A stretch of 64,000 bases of DNA, taken from Thermoleophilia bacterium (GTDB lineage: Bacteria > Actinomycetota > Thermoleophilia > UBA2241). The stretch is taken from contig JAXGYV010000001.1 of NCBI GenBank assembly GCA_040772045.1, forward strand, positions 69,577 to 133,576, in the 5' to 3' direction. How positions within the stretch are numbered: the stretch's first letter is position 1; each line of letters starts with the position of its first letter. This document shows, piece by piece, positions 1-13,390 of this stretch. A program made the position numbers and the translations under genes. The notes beneath the pieces were generated by a model. The model saw only the letters and a program-made list of their open reading frames with translations. It did no database searches and was not told the DNA's origin.

Positions 1-850
1 TCTCCGCTCGCTCGTCGAGGGATACCTGGCCGAGTTGCGATTCTCCTCGCGACGGCCTGCCGACCAATTAGCGGAGGCCATGCGGTACTCGCTGCTGGCC
101 GGTGGCAAGCGGATCCGGCCAGTGCTCACGCTGGCCGTTGCCGAGGGACTGGCGCGGCCCACGGAACCCTTGCTACCGACCGCCGCGGCGCTCGAGCTCA
201 TCCACACCTACTCCCTGATCCACGACGATCTTCCGGCGATCGATAACGACACGCTGCGGCGAGGCAAGCCGACGTGCCACGTGGTGTATGGGGAAGACGT
301 TGCCATTCTGGCTGGCGACGGACTGTTCGCGGAGGCGTTCGGCCTGGTGCTCGAGCGCCAGCAGGCGGAGCCGGCGCTGCTCGTGGCCGTGCTGCGCGAG
401 ATCTCCCGCGCCACGGGAGTGCGAGGGATGGTCGGCGGGCAGTACATCGACGTTACGCAGAACGGAGCGGACGAGGTAGATCTGCGCCAGCTCCACGAGA
501 TGAAGACCGGCCGTCTCATCGAGGCCGCGGTGGTGTGTGGCGCGCTGCTTTGCGAGGTGGGAGCAGACGAGATCCAGCTGTACCGGGTGGTCGCGGCCGA
601 GATGGGCCTGCTCTTCCAGATCGTAGACGACATCCTCGACGAGGTGGGAGAAGACGCCAAGCTCGGCAAGACGGCCGGCAAGGATGCGCGCGCCGGCAAG
701 GCCACGTACACCACGAGGTTCGGCCTGCGCCGTGCGCGCGAGCTGGCGGCGGAGAGCCACACGCGCGCCGTGGAGCGACTGGCCGTCCTGCCGGGCCAGC
801 CACGGGCGTTGCGAGCCATCGCCGAGTACATCTACCGGCGCGATCAGTAG
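1..850 (+). CDS. ispA: Polyprenyl diphosphate synthase (FPP/GGPP synthase), 5' end truncated by window edge
   Basis: Frame stays open to nt 2. Protein shows a second Asp-rich region (FQIVDDILD) and GKxxGKD, typical of trans-isoprenyl diphosphate synthases; sits directly upstream of dxs as in Firmicutes. Confidence 0.85.
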   Translation, partial: LRSLVEGYLAELRFSSRRPADQLAEAMRYSLLAGGKRIRPVLTLAVAEGLARPTEPLLPTAAALELIHTYSLIHDDLPAIDNDTLRRGKPTCHVVYGEDVAILAGDGLFAEAFGLVLERQQAEPALLVAVLREISRATGVRGMVGGQYIDVTQNGADEVDLRQLHEMKTGRLIEAAVVCGALLCEVGADEIQLYRVVAAEMGLLFQIVDDILDEVGEDAKLGKTAGKDARAGKATYTTRFGLRRARELAAESHTRAVERLAVLPGQPRALRAIAEYIYRRDQ

Positions 851-954
851 AGGTCGGCAGTGTGCAGGTGTCGCGCTGCCGCCCGTGGGGCGTCAGCCGA
901 AGGCGGCGCGGGGGCTCCGAGCGCTGACCGAGGCGGTGGTATACTCGTCCGTCA

Positions 955-2847
955 ATGAACGAGACTCCAAGGTTGCTGCCTACACTCTCCGCGCCCGCCG
1001 ACCTTCGCAAGTTCTCCGACGCAGAGCTCGTCGAACTCGCCGCTGAAGTACGGGCGCTGATGTTGCGCTGTGTGAGCAAAACCGGCGGGCACCTTGCCGC
1101 GAGCCTCGGCGCTGTGGAACTGGCCATCGCCATCCACAGCGTCATCGATAGCCCACGCGACAAAGTAATCTGGGACGTGGGGCATCAGTGCTATGCGCAC
1201 AAGATCCTCACGGGCCGCTGGAAAGACTTCTGCACCATCAGGCAGCAGGGTGGCCTGTCGGGGTTCCCCTGCCGGTTCGAGTCCGTTCACGACGTGTGCG
1301 GGACGGGTCATGCATCGACCTCCGTGAGCTATGGCCTGGGACTCGTGGAAGCGGCCAAGGTCGCGGGCGAGCGGGGAGGACACGTGGTTTGTGTCCTCGG
1401 CGATGGAGCCATGACGGGCGGCGTGGCGTTCGAAGCCATCAACCAGGCCGGCCAGCTTCGCTCGCCGCTGGTCGTGGTGCTCAACGATAACCAGATGTCG
1501 ATCAAGCCGAACGTGGGCGCGGTGGCGCTCTACCTCAACCGGCTGCGGCTCGACCCCACGCTCACCCGTTTCCGGGAAGAGGTCGAGCACACCGTCGCAC
1601 GAATCCCCGCCATCGGTGCCCGCGCGTACAGTCTCGGCAAAGATGTCAAAGAGAGTATGAAGGCGCTTATCGTGCCGGGGATGCTGTTCGAGGAGCTGGG
1701 GTTCGCCTACGTAGGCGTGGTCGATGGCCACGATATGAAGGCGCTGCGCGTGGCGTTGCGGCAAGCGCTCGACACGCGCCGTCCGGTCGTGGTGCACGTG
1801 AGGACGATCAAGGGGAAGGGGTACAACCCGGCTGAGGAGCGGCCGAGCGAGTTCCACGGCACGCCGCCCTTCCATCTCGGCAACGGTGAGCTTGCGAGCG
1901 AAACCAAGGGCACCACGTTTACTCAGGCGTTCGGCCAGGCGCTGGTGCGTGAGGCGCGCGACGACGCTCGGGTGGTAGCCATCACCGCCGCTATGACGCA
2001 GGGCACTGGCCTCGAGGCGTTCGAGCGCGAGTTTCCGCAGCGGCTGTACGACGTAGGCATCGCCGAGGAGCACGCCGTGGTGTTCGCCGCCGGGCTGGCG
2101 TTGGGTGGCCTGAAGCCCGTGGTCGCGGTGTACTCCACCTTCTTGCAGCGAGCGTTCGACATGCTCATCCAAGATGTCGCCCTGCAGGACTTGCCTATCG
2201 TGTTCGCGGTGGATCGCGCGGGGCTCGTCGGCGACGATGGCCCAACGCACCACGGGGCGTTCGACCTCTCGTATCTGCGTATGATCCCGGGGATGGTCGT
2301 CATGGCCCCGTCGTCGCAAGAAGATCTCCAGCACATGCTGCACACTGCCCTCGTGTGGGATCGCCCGGTCGCGATTCGCTACCCACGCGGGTTCGCGGTG
2401 CCCTTCGTGGCAGCGCAGGAACTAGAGGTGCTACCGTTGGGCGAGGCACGAGTGCTCCAGGAGGGAGAGGGCGTCGCGCTGGTGGGCGTGGGGACGGGCG
2501 TCGGCCTCTGCCAGGCGGCGGCGGCACTACTCCACGCCGAGGGACTGCACCCCACGGTCGTCGACGCGCGATTCGTCAAACCGCTCGACACCGGCCTCCT
2601 CGATCGACTCGTGGAGACCCACGACCGCATAGTGACCGTCGAGGAAAACGTGCTCAGTGGGGGCTTCGGCAGTGCCGTCGCCGAGTATCTGGCGCCAGGC
2701 GGCATGCCCGTAACTATGATGGGCTTGCCCGACGCATTTGTACAGCACGGCACGCGAGCGCAACTACTGACCAATGTCTCCCTTACGGCGGAGGCGGTGG
2801 CGGAGGCGGCGCTGCGCTCGCGCTCCGGCGCGATCCCCGCCAGGTAG
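955..2847 (+). CDS. dxs: 1-deoxy-D-xylulose-5-phosphate synthase
   Basis: 630 aa; N-terminal LxxxxxPxDLR, thiamine-diphosphate GDG motif (VLGDGAMTGG), transketolase-like C-terminus. Confidence 0.95.
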   Translation: MNETPRLLPTLSAPADLRKFSDAELVELAAEVRALMLRCVSKTGGHLAASLGAVELAIAIHSVIDSPRDKVIWDVGHQCYAHKILTGRWKDFCTIRQQGGLSGFPCRFESVHDVCGTGHASTSVSYGLGLVEAAKVAGERGGHVVCVLGDGAMTGGVAFEAINQAGQLRSPLVVVLNDNQMSIKPNVGAVALYLNRLRLDPTLTRFREEVEHTVARIPAIGARAYSLGKDVKESMKALIVPGMLFEELGFAYVGVVDGHDMKALRVALRQALDTRRPVVVHVRTIKGKGYNPAEERPSEFHGTPPFHLGNGELASETKGTTFTQAFGQALVREARDDARVVAITAAMTQGTGLEAFEREFPQRLYDVGIAEEHAVVFAAGLALGGLKPVVAVYSTFLQRAFDMLIQDVALQDLPIVFAVDRAGLVGDDGPTHHGAFDLSYLRMIPGMVVMAPSSQEDLQHMLHTALVWDRPVAIRYPRGFAVPFVAAQELEVLPLGEARVLQEGEGVALVGVGTGVGLCQAAAALLHAEGLHPTVVDARFVKPLDTGLLDRLVETHDRIVTVEENVLSGGFGSAVAEYLAPGGMPVTMMGLPDAFVQHGTRAQLLTNVSLTAEAVAEAALRSRSGAIPAR

Positions 2848-2851
2848 CCAG

Positions 2852-3652
2852 ATGCGCGAGCGGCTTGACGAGCTGCTCGTCCGTCGCGGCCTGCTCCCCA
2901 GCAGAGCTCAGGCGCGTGCGGCCATCCTGGCCGGCGAGGTCCGCGTGGATGGGCACGTGGTTACCAAAGCCGGGGAAGCCGTCGCTGTGGGGGCGCACGT
3001 CGAGCTTGTCGCGCGCCGTCGGTTTGTGTCACGCGGGGGAGACAAACTCGATCACGCTCTGACGGTCCTCGGCGTGTCGGTGGCCGACGAGGATGTCTGC
3101 GACCTGGGCAGCTCCACGGGCGGGTTCGTGGATCGTCTGTTGCAGGGCGGAGCGCGGTCCGTAGTGGCCGTCGACGTGGGCTACGGGCAACTGGACTGGA
3201 GGTTGCGGGGAGACCCCCGGGTACTGGTGCTCGAGCGCACGAACGCGCGCGAGCTGACGTGCGATCGTCTCCCCACGGTGCCCACGTTTGTCACCGCCGA
3301 TGTGTCCTTCATCTCCCTGACGGTGGCTCTGGGCCCCGTGCTAGAATGCGCCCGGGCTGGCTACCGTGGTCTGGTGCTCGTAAAACCGCAGTTCGAGGCC
3401 GGGCGCGAGCACGTGGGCAAGGGCGGGGTGGTGCGTGACCGCGAGGTGCATCGGCAGGTGCTGGTGTCTGTGAGCGAATGGCTCCGGAGTCGCGGCGCGG
3501 CCATCCTCGGCATGTGCGACTCGGGGCATCCAGGGCCAAAGGGAAACGTGGAGTACTTCCTGTACTTTTGCGATGCGACGTCGTCGTTGGCGGCGTCACA
3601 GGTGGAGCCGGCGATCGCCGCACGCGCGGCAACCGAGGTCAGCGGTGGCTAA
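2852..3652 (+). CDS. tlyA: TlyA-family rRNA 2'-O-methyltransferase (hemolysin A-like), S4 domain + FtsJ fold
   Basis: MRERLDELLVRRGL S4-like N-terminus; GSSTGGF SAM-binding motif; internal ATG chosen over the ORF-track upstream Arg-rich extension. Confidence 0.85.
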   Translation: MRERLDELLVRRGLLPSRAQARAAILAGEVRVDGHVVTKAGEAVAVGAHVELVARRRFVSRGGDKLDHALTVLGVSVADEDVCDLGSSTGGFVDRLLQGGARSVVAVDVGYGQLDWRLRGDPRVLVLERTNARELTCDRLPTVPTFVTADVSFISLTVALGPVLECARAGYRGLVLVKPQFEAGREHVGKGGVVRDREVHRQVLVSVSEWLRSRGAAILGMCDSGHPGPKGNVEYFLYFCDATSSLAASQVEPAIAARAATEVSGG

Positions 3653-4517
3653 ACCGCTGCGCCGCGTCGCCGTCCTCACCCATCTGCTGGCCGATTCCAC
3701 GGCGGCCGCGCTGCGGGAGTTGGCCGAGGTAGGCGCCGAGTACGGCCTTCAGCTCTTGCTCCCGACCGAGGAGGCGGCCAAGCATCCGCTGGCCGACGAA
3801 CTCGGATACAGGCGGATCGGTGCGCGCGATCTCCACATGGCCGACCTCTGCCTGGTGTTCGGCGGCGACGGTAGTATCCTGCGCGCCCTGGGGCGGCTGC
3901 TGGGGAGCGGCGTGCCGACGCTGGGTGTCAACTTCGGGAACGTTGGCTTTCTGGCAAGCTTGCCGCAGGAGCGCTGGCGGGACGGGCTCGCGGGGGTGCT
4001 CGCCGGGAGGTACCAGGTTGCCGAGCTCCTAACGGTGGAGGCGCGGCTTCCCGATGGCTGCTTCGCTGCGGTCAACGATGTGGTGCTGTCGCGACCTCAT
4101 CGGCATGGAGTGCTCCATCTGGAGTATGCCATCGCCGGCGCGTCTCTCGGAGGCATGCGCTGCGACGGCATGATCGTGGCCACGCCGACGGGGTCCACGG
4201 CGTACAACCTATCGTGCGGGGGGCCGCTGGTGGTGTGGGATGCGAGCGTGCTGGTGCTGAACTTCGTGGCGCCGCACTCGCTCGGCTTTCGTCCGCTGGT
4301 CTTGCGACCCGAGCACGTCATCGAGGTATGCAACGCCGGCGATGTGAGCGAGGCCGAGGTGGTGGTGGATGGCCGGGTAGTCGGCGTGCTCAGCCAGGGC
4401 GATTGCCTGCGGATCGGCGCATCGCCGCTGCGCGCTCTGCTGCTCCTCCAAGAGGGAGCCTCGTTCTATCGGAACGTAGAAGAGAAGCTCTTTGGATTCG
4501 GTGCGGATGCTCGCTGA
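3645..4517 (+). CDS. nadK: NAD+ kinase
   Basis: GGDGSILRA and NxGxxGFL motifs; GTG start overlaps the tlyA stop by 8 nt. Confidence 0.85.
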   Translation: MAKPLRRVAVLTHLLADSTAAALRELAEVGAEYGLQLLLPTEEAAKHPLADELGYRRIGARDLHMADLCLVFGGDGSILRALGRLLGSGVPTLGVNFGNVGFLASLPQERWRDGLAGVLAGRYQVAELLTVEARLPDGCFAAVNDVVLSRPHRHGVLHLEYAIAGASLGGMRCDGMIVATPTGSTAYNLSCGGPLVVWDASVLVLNFVAPHSLGFRPLVLRPEHVIEVCNAGDVSEAEVVVDGRVVGVLSQGDCLRIGASPLRALLLLQEGASFYRNVEEKLFGFGADAR

Positions 4518-6264
4518 GCTCTCTATCGCGGATCTGGTGCTCATCGCGCAAGCGCGCCTCGAGCTCTCGCCTGGTCTCAACGTGATCACCGGAGAGACGG
4601 GTGCCGGCAAGACTCTCCTCGCTCAGGCCATCGGCCTCCTCATGGGGCAAAAGGGCGGGGAGGGTCTGGTCCGCGTTGGCGCCGAGCGAGCAACCGTGCA
4701 AGCCGTGTTCGCAGATGGCGAAGAGTTACTGGCTGTGGCACGTGAGTTGCCGGCGCGGGGCAGGGCGCGTGCCTATGTAAACGGCCTAGCCTCCTCAGCG
4801 GCAGTGGTCGAAGAGGTGGTGCGCGATCGGGTGGCGTTCTACGGACAACTCGAACACGCGCGTCTGCTCCACCTGGAGCGCCAGCTCGACTTGCTCGATG
4901 AAGCGGCGGGCGAGAACGTTGCGCGGCTGCTCGTCACTTACGGCGAAGCCTACGCCGGCGCGCGTGAACTGGAGCGCCGTCTGCAAGAGCTGCGGCGTGC
5001 GCAACAGGACCGCGAGCGCGAGCTCGATCTCCTCCGTTTCCAAATCGAGGAGATCGAGCGAGCGAAGGTAGAGCCCGGGGAGGATGCACGCGTCGCGCAG
5101 GAGCGCGACCGGCTGCGGCACGCGGGCAGGCTGCTGGAGCGTGTAGGCGGAGCGGTGGCGTTCCTCGCGGGAGAAACAGAGGCGAGCGGCCTGGACGGCC
5201 TGCGCGGGGCGCGCGGACTGGTTGCCGACGCGGCGTCATGGGACGCCGCGCTCGCGCCGCTCGGCGAGCGGCTAGACGGGCTGGTGGCCGAAGCAGAAGA
5301 TGTGGCATTCGCGCTCCAGGCCTACCTCGAGGAGATCGACGCCGACCCCGCCCATCGCGATCGCGTCGAGCTACGGCACGACGAGCTCACCGCGCTGCGG
5401 CGCAAGTACGGCGCCACGGCCGACGACGTGCTGGCGTACCTCGCGCGGGCGCGCACGCGGGCGGACGAGCTGGCGCGCGGGGGCGAGGAGCAGGATACGC
5501 TGCGCGAGCAGACCCGTGCGGCGTGGGAGGCCGCGGTGACCGCCGCGGCGCGGCTCACGGAAGCGCGGCGGAAGCACGCGCCGCGTTTCGCCGCCGCGGT
5601 GGCGCGCGAGCTGCGGGCGCTCAGTATGCCTCACGCACGCTTCGAGGTGGCGCTGAGCAGCCGTGGCGAGGGCGTGGCGGTGCTCGGCCCTCGCGGCGCC
5701 GACGAGGTGGAGTTCCTCTTCTCGGCTAACCCCGGTACGGCACTGCGCCCGCTGCGCGACACGGCCTCGGGGGGCGAGCTGTCACGAGCCATGCTCGCCC
5801 TCAAAAGCGTGGCTACGCTCACGGCCGACGTCGGTACACTGATCTTCGACGAGGTAGACACCGGCATCGGCGGTGTGACGGCCACCGGCCTGGGCGAACG
5901 GCTGGTGCGGCTAGCGAGCCGCACACAGATCGTGTGTATCACGCACCTGGCGCAGGTGGTGGCCTTCGCGGACCGTCACTTCGCCATCGCGAAGGTGAGC
6001 GATCCACAGGCCGCGACCACCGAGACCGTCGTGCGCCGGGTGGAGGGCGAGGAGCGGGTAGACGAGCTGTGCCGTATGCTGGGCGCCTCGGCGTCCGACC
6101 CGGCGGCGCGCGCGCACGCCGAGAGCCTGCTCGCGCGAGCGGCCGAGGCGCGCAAGGAGGAGGTGCGGGCCGGCTGTCGTCGGCTGGCGCGCGGCGGCTG
6201 TCTCGCCCCTTTGTGCGACGGGAGGGGCGTTCCCACATGCTATACTTGCGACCCGAAGTGGTAG
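4507..6264 (+). CDS. recN: DNA repair protein RecN
   Basis: MLAELSIADLVLI...GETGAGKT Walker A at N-terminus, long coiled coil, C-terminal SMC-like signature; start overlaps nadK end. Confidence 0.9.
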   Translation: MLAELSIADLVLIAQARLELSPGLNVITGETGAGKTLLAQAIGLLMGQKGGEGLVRVGAERATVQAVFADGEELLAVARELPARGRARAYVNGLASSAAVVEEVVRDRVAFYGQLEHARLLHLERQLDLLDEAAGENVARLLVTYGEAYAGARELERRLQELRRAQQDRERELDLLRFQIEEIERAKVEPGEDARVAQERDRLRHAGRLLERVGGAVAFLAGETEASGLDGLRGARGLVADAASWDAALAPLGERLDGLVAEAEDVAFALQAYLEEIDADPAHRDRVELRHDELTALRRKYGATADDVLAYLARARTRADELARGGEEQDTLREQTRAAWEAAVTAAARLTEARRKHAPRFAAAVARELRALSMPHARFEVALSSRGEGVAVLGPRGADEVEFLFSANPGTALRPLRDTASGGELSRAMLALKSVATLTADVGTLIFDEVDTGIGGVTATGLGERLVRLASRTQIVCITHLAQVVAFADRHFAIAKVSDPQAATTETVVRRVEGEERVDELCRMLGASASDPAARAHAESLLARAAEARKEEVRAGCRRLARGGCLAPLCDGRGVPTCYTCDPKW

Positions 6265-9160
<2,896 letters not shown>

Positions 9161-9209
9161 CTCGCGTTCGCCGCAGGGGAAGCGCGTGGCGGCGCCGAAG
9201 GGACAGAGT

Positions 9210-10124
9210 ATGCAGCGCGGTCCCGTTCACGATGCCGATCTGAGCGACTACCTCGATTCCCTGCGCTTCGAGCGGGGCATGGGCGAGAACACCGTGCGAG
9301 CGTACGAACGCGACGGGACCGCGCTGGTCATGTTCCTGCGCGCTCGTGGCCGTGCGCTGCGAACGGCTCAGGCGACCGATCTGGACGCCTACTTCGCCGG
9401 ACCCGGTGGTGGAGGAGCTGCCTCCAGCGTCGCCCGACGGGTAGCGGCGATCCGCGGCCTGTTCCGCTTCCTGGTGCGCGAAGAACGCATCGCCGGCGAC
9501 CCGTGTGTGTGGCTGCGCTCGCCACGCCGTGGGAAGCCATTGCCGCGGGTGCTCAGCATCGAGGAGGTTCGAGCTATGCTGGCACACGTGCGCACGGCGG
9601 GCGCGGCCGGGCAGCGCGACCTGGCGATGATCGAGCTTCTCTACGGCTGCGGCCTGCGAGCGTCCGAGCTCGTGGGGTTACGTACGGTGGATGTGGACGT
9701 GGAGGGCGGACTCGTGCGCTGCCTGGGCAAGGGGGACAAGGAGCGGGTGGTGCCGATGGGCAGCTACGCGAGCGAGGCGGTCGCGCACTACGTGAGAGAC
9801 GGCCGCGCCAAGATCCTCGGAGGGCGCCGTCGCGACGAACTCTTTGTGAACGCTCGGGGTGGCCCTCTGACGCGCCAGGGACTGCACCACATCCTGCGGA
9901 GCTACGCGCGCCGCGCGGGCATCGAGCGTCCCGTGAGCGCGCACGTCTTTCGCCACAGCTTCGCCACGCATCTGGTACGAGCCGGTGCCGATCTGCGCAG
10001 TGTTCAGGAGATGCTGGGACACGCCGACGTGAGCACCACCCAGGTGTACACGCACGTGACTGCCGAGCACTTGCGAGAGACGTTCTTGAGCAGCCACCCC
10101 CGAGCTCACCGCCGGGCGCGATGA
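9210..10124 (+). CDS. xerD: Tyrosine site-specific recombinase XerD
   Basis: N-terminal SAM-like domain (YLDSLRFERGMGENTVRAYERD) and C-terminal catalytic RHSFATHL...LGHADVSTTQVYTHV motifs; position next to deoB-punA matches Firmicutes ripX. Confidence 0.85.
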   Translation: MQRGPVHDADLSDYLDSLRFERGMGENTVRAYERDGTALVMFLRARGRALRTAQATDLDAYFAGPGGGGAASSVARRVAAIRGLFRFLVREERIAGDPCVWLRSPRRGKPLPRVLSIEEVRAMLAHVRTAGAAGQRDLAMIELLYGCGLRASELVGLRTVDVDVEGGLVRCLGKGDKERVVPMGSYASEAVAHYVRDGRAKILGGRRRDELFVNARGGPLTRQGLHHILRSYARRAGIERPVSAHVFRHSFATHLVRAGADLRSVQEMLGHADVSTTQVYTHVTAEHLRETFLSSHPRAHRRAR

Positions 10125-11293
10125 GGGCCGTGGTTCACAGCGACACCCGTCGCAGGCGAGTCTTCGTGTGCGTCCTAGATGGGGTGGGCGCCGGTGCGCT
10201 GCCGGACGCGGCTGCCTATGGCGACGCCGGCGCCCATACACTGCGCCACGTTCTGGAACAGTGCCCCGTCGCGGTACCCAATCTGGCCTCCCTGGGCCTG
10301 AGCGAGGTCGTCGGCTTGCCTCTTGGACCGGTGCGGGCGGATGCGACGTACGGCCGGCTCCTGGAGCACGGCGCGGGCAAGGACACCACCACGGGCCACT
10401 GGGAGCTCATGGGTCTAGTCCTCGAACGGCCGTTCCCTACCTACCCGCACGGCTTTCCGCGCGAGGTGATCGAGGCCTTCGCGGCCGGCATCGAGCGAGA
10501 GGTGCTGGCCAATCGGCCGGCCAGCGGCACGGCGATCATCGCGGAGCTCGGCGACGAGCACGTGCGGACCGGCAAGCCGATCGTGTATACATCGGCCGAC
10601 TCAGTCTTCCAGATCGCCTGTCACGAAGCGGTCGTGCCGGTCGATGTGCTCTATGACTGGTGCGCGCTCGCTCGTCGCATTCTCACTGGCCGGCATGCTG
10701 TGGGACGCGTTATCGCGCGGCCTTTCACGGGCGAGCGTGGTTCCTACGCTCGCACGCCGCGGCGGCGTGATTTCTCGCTGCCCCCCACGGGGACCACGTA
10801 TCTGGATCTCCTGCAGGAACGCCAGGTCCCGGTGATCGGGGTGGGCAAGATCGGGGAGATCTTCGTGCAGCGTGGCATCGACGTGGACGATCACACCACC
10901 GACAACGTCGCTGGGATCGCCGCGTGCCTGCGCCATCTTCGCTCCATGGAACGGGGGCTGCTGTTTGCCAACTTGGTGGACTTCGACATGGTGTGGGGGC
11001 ACAGGAACGACGTGCGGGGGTTCGCGGACGGATTGCGCGCGGTCGACGCGGCACTGCCCGAACTGATAGGCGCGCTGCGCCCCGGCGATGCCATGATGCT
11101 CTGCGCCGATCACGGCGTCGATCCAACCACGCCCGGCAGCGACCACACGCGGGAGTACTCTCCTCTGTTGGCGCTGGGCCTCTCGCCTGGTCGCTACGAT
11201 GGCCTGCAGGAGGACGTGGGAGCTACCGCGTTTGTCCTGCTCACCGGCGAACGGCCACCCTTGGCCGGCCAGCTCATCGGAGGCGGAGGGTGA
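10122..11293 (+). CDS. deoB: Phosphopentomutase
   Basis: 390 aa; VLDGVGAG N-terminus, alkaline-phosphatase-like core with metal ligands (HTREY, DHG); ATG overlaps the xerD stop (ATGA). Confidence 0.9.
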
Positions 11294-12078
11294 ACGGCTC
11301 CGGCGAGGATGGCGGGCCACGGCTGGCCGTAGTCTGCGGGTCGGGTCTCGCCGTAATGCCAGAGGGGTTCCGCGTGGTACGGCGGCGCACCTACCAAGCG
11401 CTCGGCTGGCCATGCACCAACGTCGGCGGACACGCCAACGAGCTGCTTCATGGAGAGGTCGCCGACGGCCTGGCTGTGCTGCTGGCCTTCGGCCGCCCGC
11501 ACCTGTACGAGGGCTGGACGCTGGCCGAGATGGAGCGGCCACTCGTCCAGATGGCCTCCTGGGGTGTCCGCAAGGTGTTGTTCACGTACGCCGTGGGAGG
11601 GTTACAGCCGGACCTCGGGCTGGGTGCCCTCGTGCTGCTCGAGACCGTGGTAGATCTCCAGGCACGTGCCGAAGGAGAGCCGTCGCGACTGCGGGCGGCA
11701 TCTTCTCCCGAGGTGCTCGCCGAAGCGGCGGTGGCGCTGCGGGGCGTGGGGTCAGTACGATGTGGCAAGTACGTGGCCGTGGTAGGTCCGCAGTACGAAA
11801 GCCCGACCGAGGCACGGTGGTTGCGCGGGTTCGGCGATGTGGTCGGGATGTCCGGCGCCTTCGAAGCGCGTACGGCAGATCGTCTGGGGATGGAGTACGT
11901 AGCTCTCGCGGCGGTGGTGAACCGCGCGGCCGCCGCCGACTCACATGACGCGGTCCTTCTGGCCGCCGGCGAGTTGCGGGAGAGCCTTGGACGCGGTGTG
12001 TCGCGGCTGGTGCGGATGCTGGCTTGGCGCGCGGACCACGATGGCCCTGATGGGAGCACGGTTGATGGACATCGTTAA
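11290..12078 (+). CDS. punA: Purine nucleoside phosphorylase (PunA/PNP-I family)
   Basis: 263 aa from a GTG overlapping the deoB stop; VVCGSGL and GMSGAFEA motifs of the PNP/MTAP family. Confidence 0.85.
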   Translation: MNGSGEDGGPRLAVVCGSGLAVMPEGFRVVRRRTYQALGWPCTNVGGHANELLHGEVADGLAVLLAFGRPHLYEGWTLAEMERPLVQMASWGVRKVLFTYAVGGLQPDLGLGALVLLETVVDLQARAEGEPSRLRAASSPEVLAEAAVALRGVGSVRCGKYVAVVGPQYESPTEARWLRGFGDVVGMSGAFEARTADRLGMEYVALAAVVNRAAAADSHDAVLLAAGELRESLGRGVSRLVRMLAWRADHDGPDGSTVDGHR

Positions 12079-13354
12079 TGATCTGATCGCCTGGAAGCGA
12101 GATGGGCACCAGCTCGACGACCTGCGCATGCAGTCCTTTATCCATGGCGTCGTCGATGGCTCGTTGGCCCCCTACCAAGCCAGTGCGCTGCTGATGGCCA
12201 TGGTCCTCCGAGGGCTCAGCGAGGCGGAGACGGTCTCGCTGGCGCGGGCCATGGTGGCCAGCGGCAAGATGCTGGACCTGAGCCCACTCAGGCGGCCGGT
12301 GCTGGATAAACACTCGAGCGGTGGTGTGGGGGACAAAGTGACGCTCGTGCTGGCCCCTCTCGTGGCGGCCTGCGGCGGTGTGTTCGGCAAGATGTCCGGC
12401 AGGGGCTTGGGGCACACGGGGGGTACGCTCGATAAGCTGGAGTCGATCCCCGGTTTCCGCGTGCAGCTTTCGCAGGGGGAGTTCCTGCATCAGCTCGAGC
12501 GCATCGGGGTGGCGGTGGTCAGTCAGAGCGAGCGCGTAGTACCCGCCGACAAGATCCTGTACGCCCTGCGGGACGTGACGGCGACGGTGGACGAGGCAGG
12601 GCTCATCGCGGCGAGCATCATGGCGAAAAAGGTGGCCAGCGGGACGGCGGCGCTGGTCCTCGACATTAAGGTTGGCAGCGGCGCCTTCATGCGTACACTC
12701 GAGGATGCCCGTCGGCTGGGCAGGCTGTGCGCCGCCATCGGCGCCGCCTTCGACCGGCCAATCCGCTGCCTCTTCACGGCCATGGAACAGCCGCTCGGCC
12801 GCGCGGTCGGTAACCGGCTCGAGGTGGAAGAGGCCTGGGCAGTGCTCACGGGGGCGGGGCCGGCCGACGTGCGGGCGGTCGTCTTGGAGCTGGCGGCCAT
12901 GCTCCTCGCGCTCTCCGATTTGGGCATCGACGAGCAGGAGGCCGGCCGTCGCGCGGCGGCGGCGCTAGATGACGGGAATGCCGCCGCCCACTTCGAACGC
13001 TGGTGTCTGCTGCAGGGAGGCAAGTGGCGCCCTGGCGAGTTCCACCAGCTCGCGGGCGCGTCCGTGCGTGCCCCCCGGGGCGGCTGGGTCACCGGCGTGG
13101 ACGCGTTTCAGGTGGGGCGAGCGGCGCAACTCGCCGGCGCTGGCCGACAGCGGGCCGACGAGGCCATCGACCTCGCGGCTGGGGTGGTGCTAGCCGTCTC
13201 AGTCGGCGAGCAGGTCGAGGAGGGCGATCTGCTGGGGACCGTGTTCGCCCGCGACGGCCGGCGGCGCGCCGCGGCGCGCGAACTGCTCGCTCGCGCGTTT
13301 ACTATCGCGAACGCCGCCGCGCCGTCAGTCGCGATCGTGCTAGACAGGCTGTAA
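12065..13354 (+). CDS. pdp: Pyrimidine-nucleoside (thymidine) phosphorylase
   Basis: KRDGHQL, DKHSSGGVGDK, GHTGGTLDKLESIPG motifs; start overlaps punA end. Confidence 0.9.
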   Translation: MDIVNDLIAWKRDGHQLDDLRMQSFIHGVVDGSLAPYQASALLMAMVLRGLSEAETVSLARAMVASGKMLDLSPLRRPVLDKHSSGGVGDKVTLVLAPLVAACGGVFGKMSGRGLGHTGGTLDKLESIPGFRVQLSQGEFLHQLERIGVAVVSQSERVVPADKILYALRDVTATVDEAGLIAASIMAKKVASGTAALVLDIKVGSGAFMRTLEDARRLGRLCAAIGAAFDRPIRCLFTAMEQPLGRAVGNRLEVEEAWAVLTGAGPADVRAVVLELAAMLLALSDLGIDEQEAGRRAAAALDDGNAAAHFERWCLLQGGKWRPGEFHQLAGASVRAPRGGWVTGVDAFQVGRAAQLAGAGRQRADEAIDLAAGVVLAVSVGEQVEEGDLLGTVFARDGRRRAAARELLARAFTIANAAAPSVAIVLDRL

Positions 13355-13390
13355 GGCGGGCTGCGCTGGCGGCAGGATGAGGAGAGTTCT

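Noticed and set aside
2355-3062. 235-aa ORF with a Gly10 run overlapping the dxs end and tlyA start
   Set aside because: It is an off-frame translation of the GC-rich dxs/tlyA junction and has no protein-like composition.
9210-10124. xerD and xerC (38563-39486) as phage or ICE integrases marking a mobile element
   Set aside because: Both have the full XerC/D-type N-terminal domain and sit in positions syntenic with chromosomal ripX and codV of Firmicutes. There are no adjacent excisionase, phage or conjugation genes.
9503-11293. 596-aa ORF
   Set aside because: The N-terminal roughly 200 aa are an out-of-frame read through xerD. The real gene is deoB, starting at the ATG at 10122 that overlaps the xerD stop.
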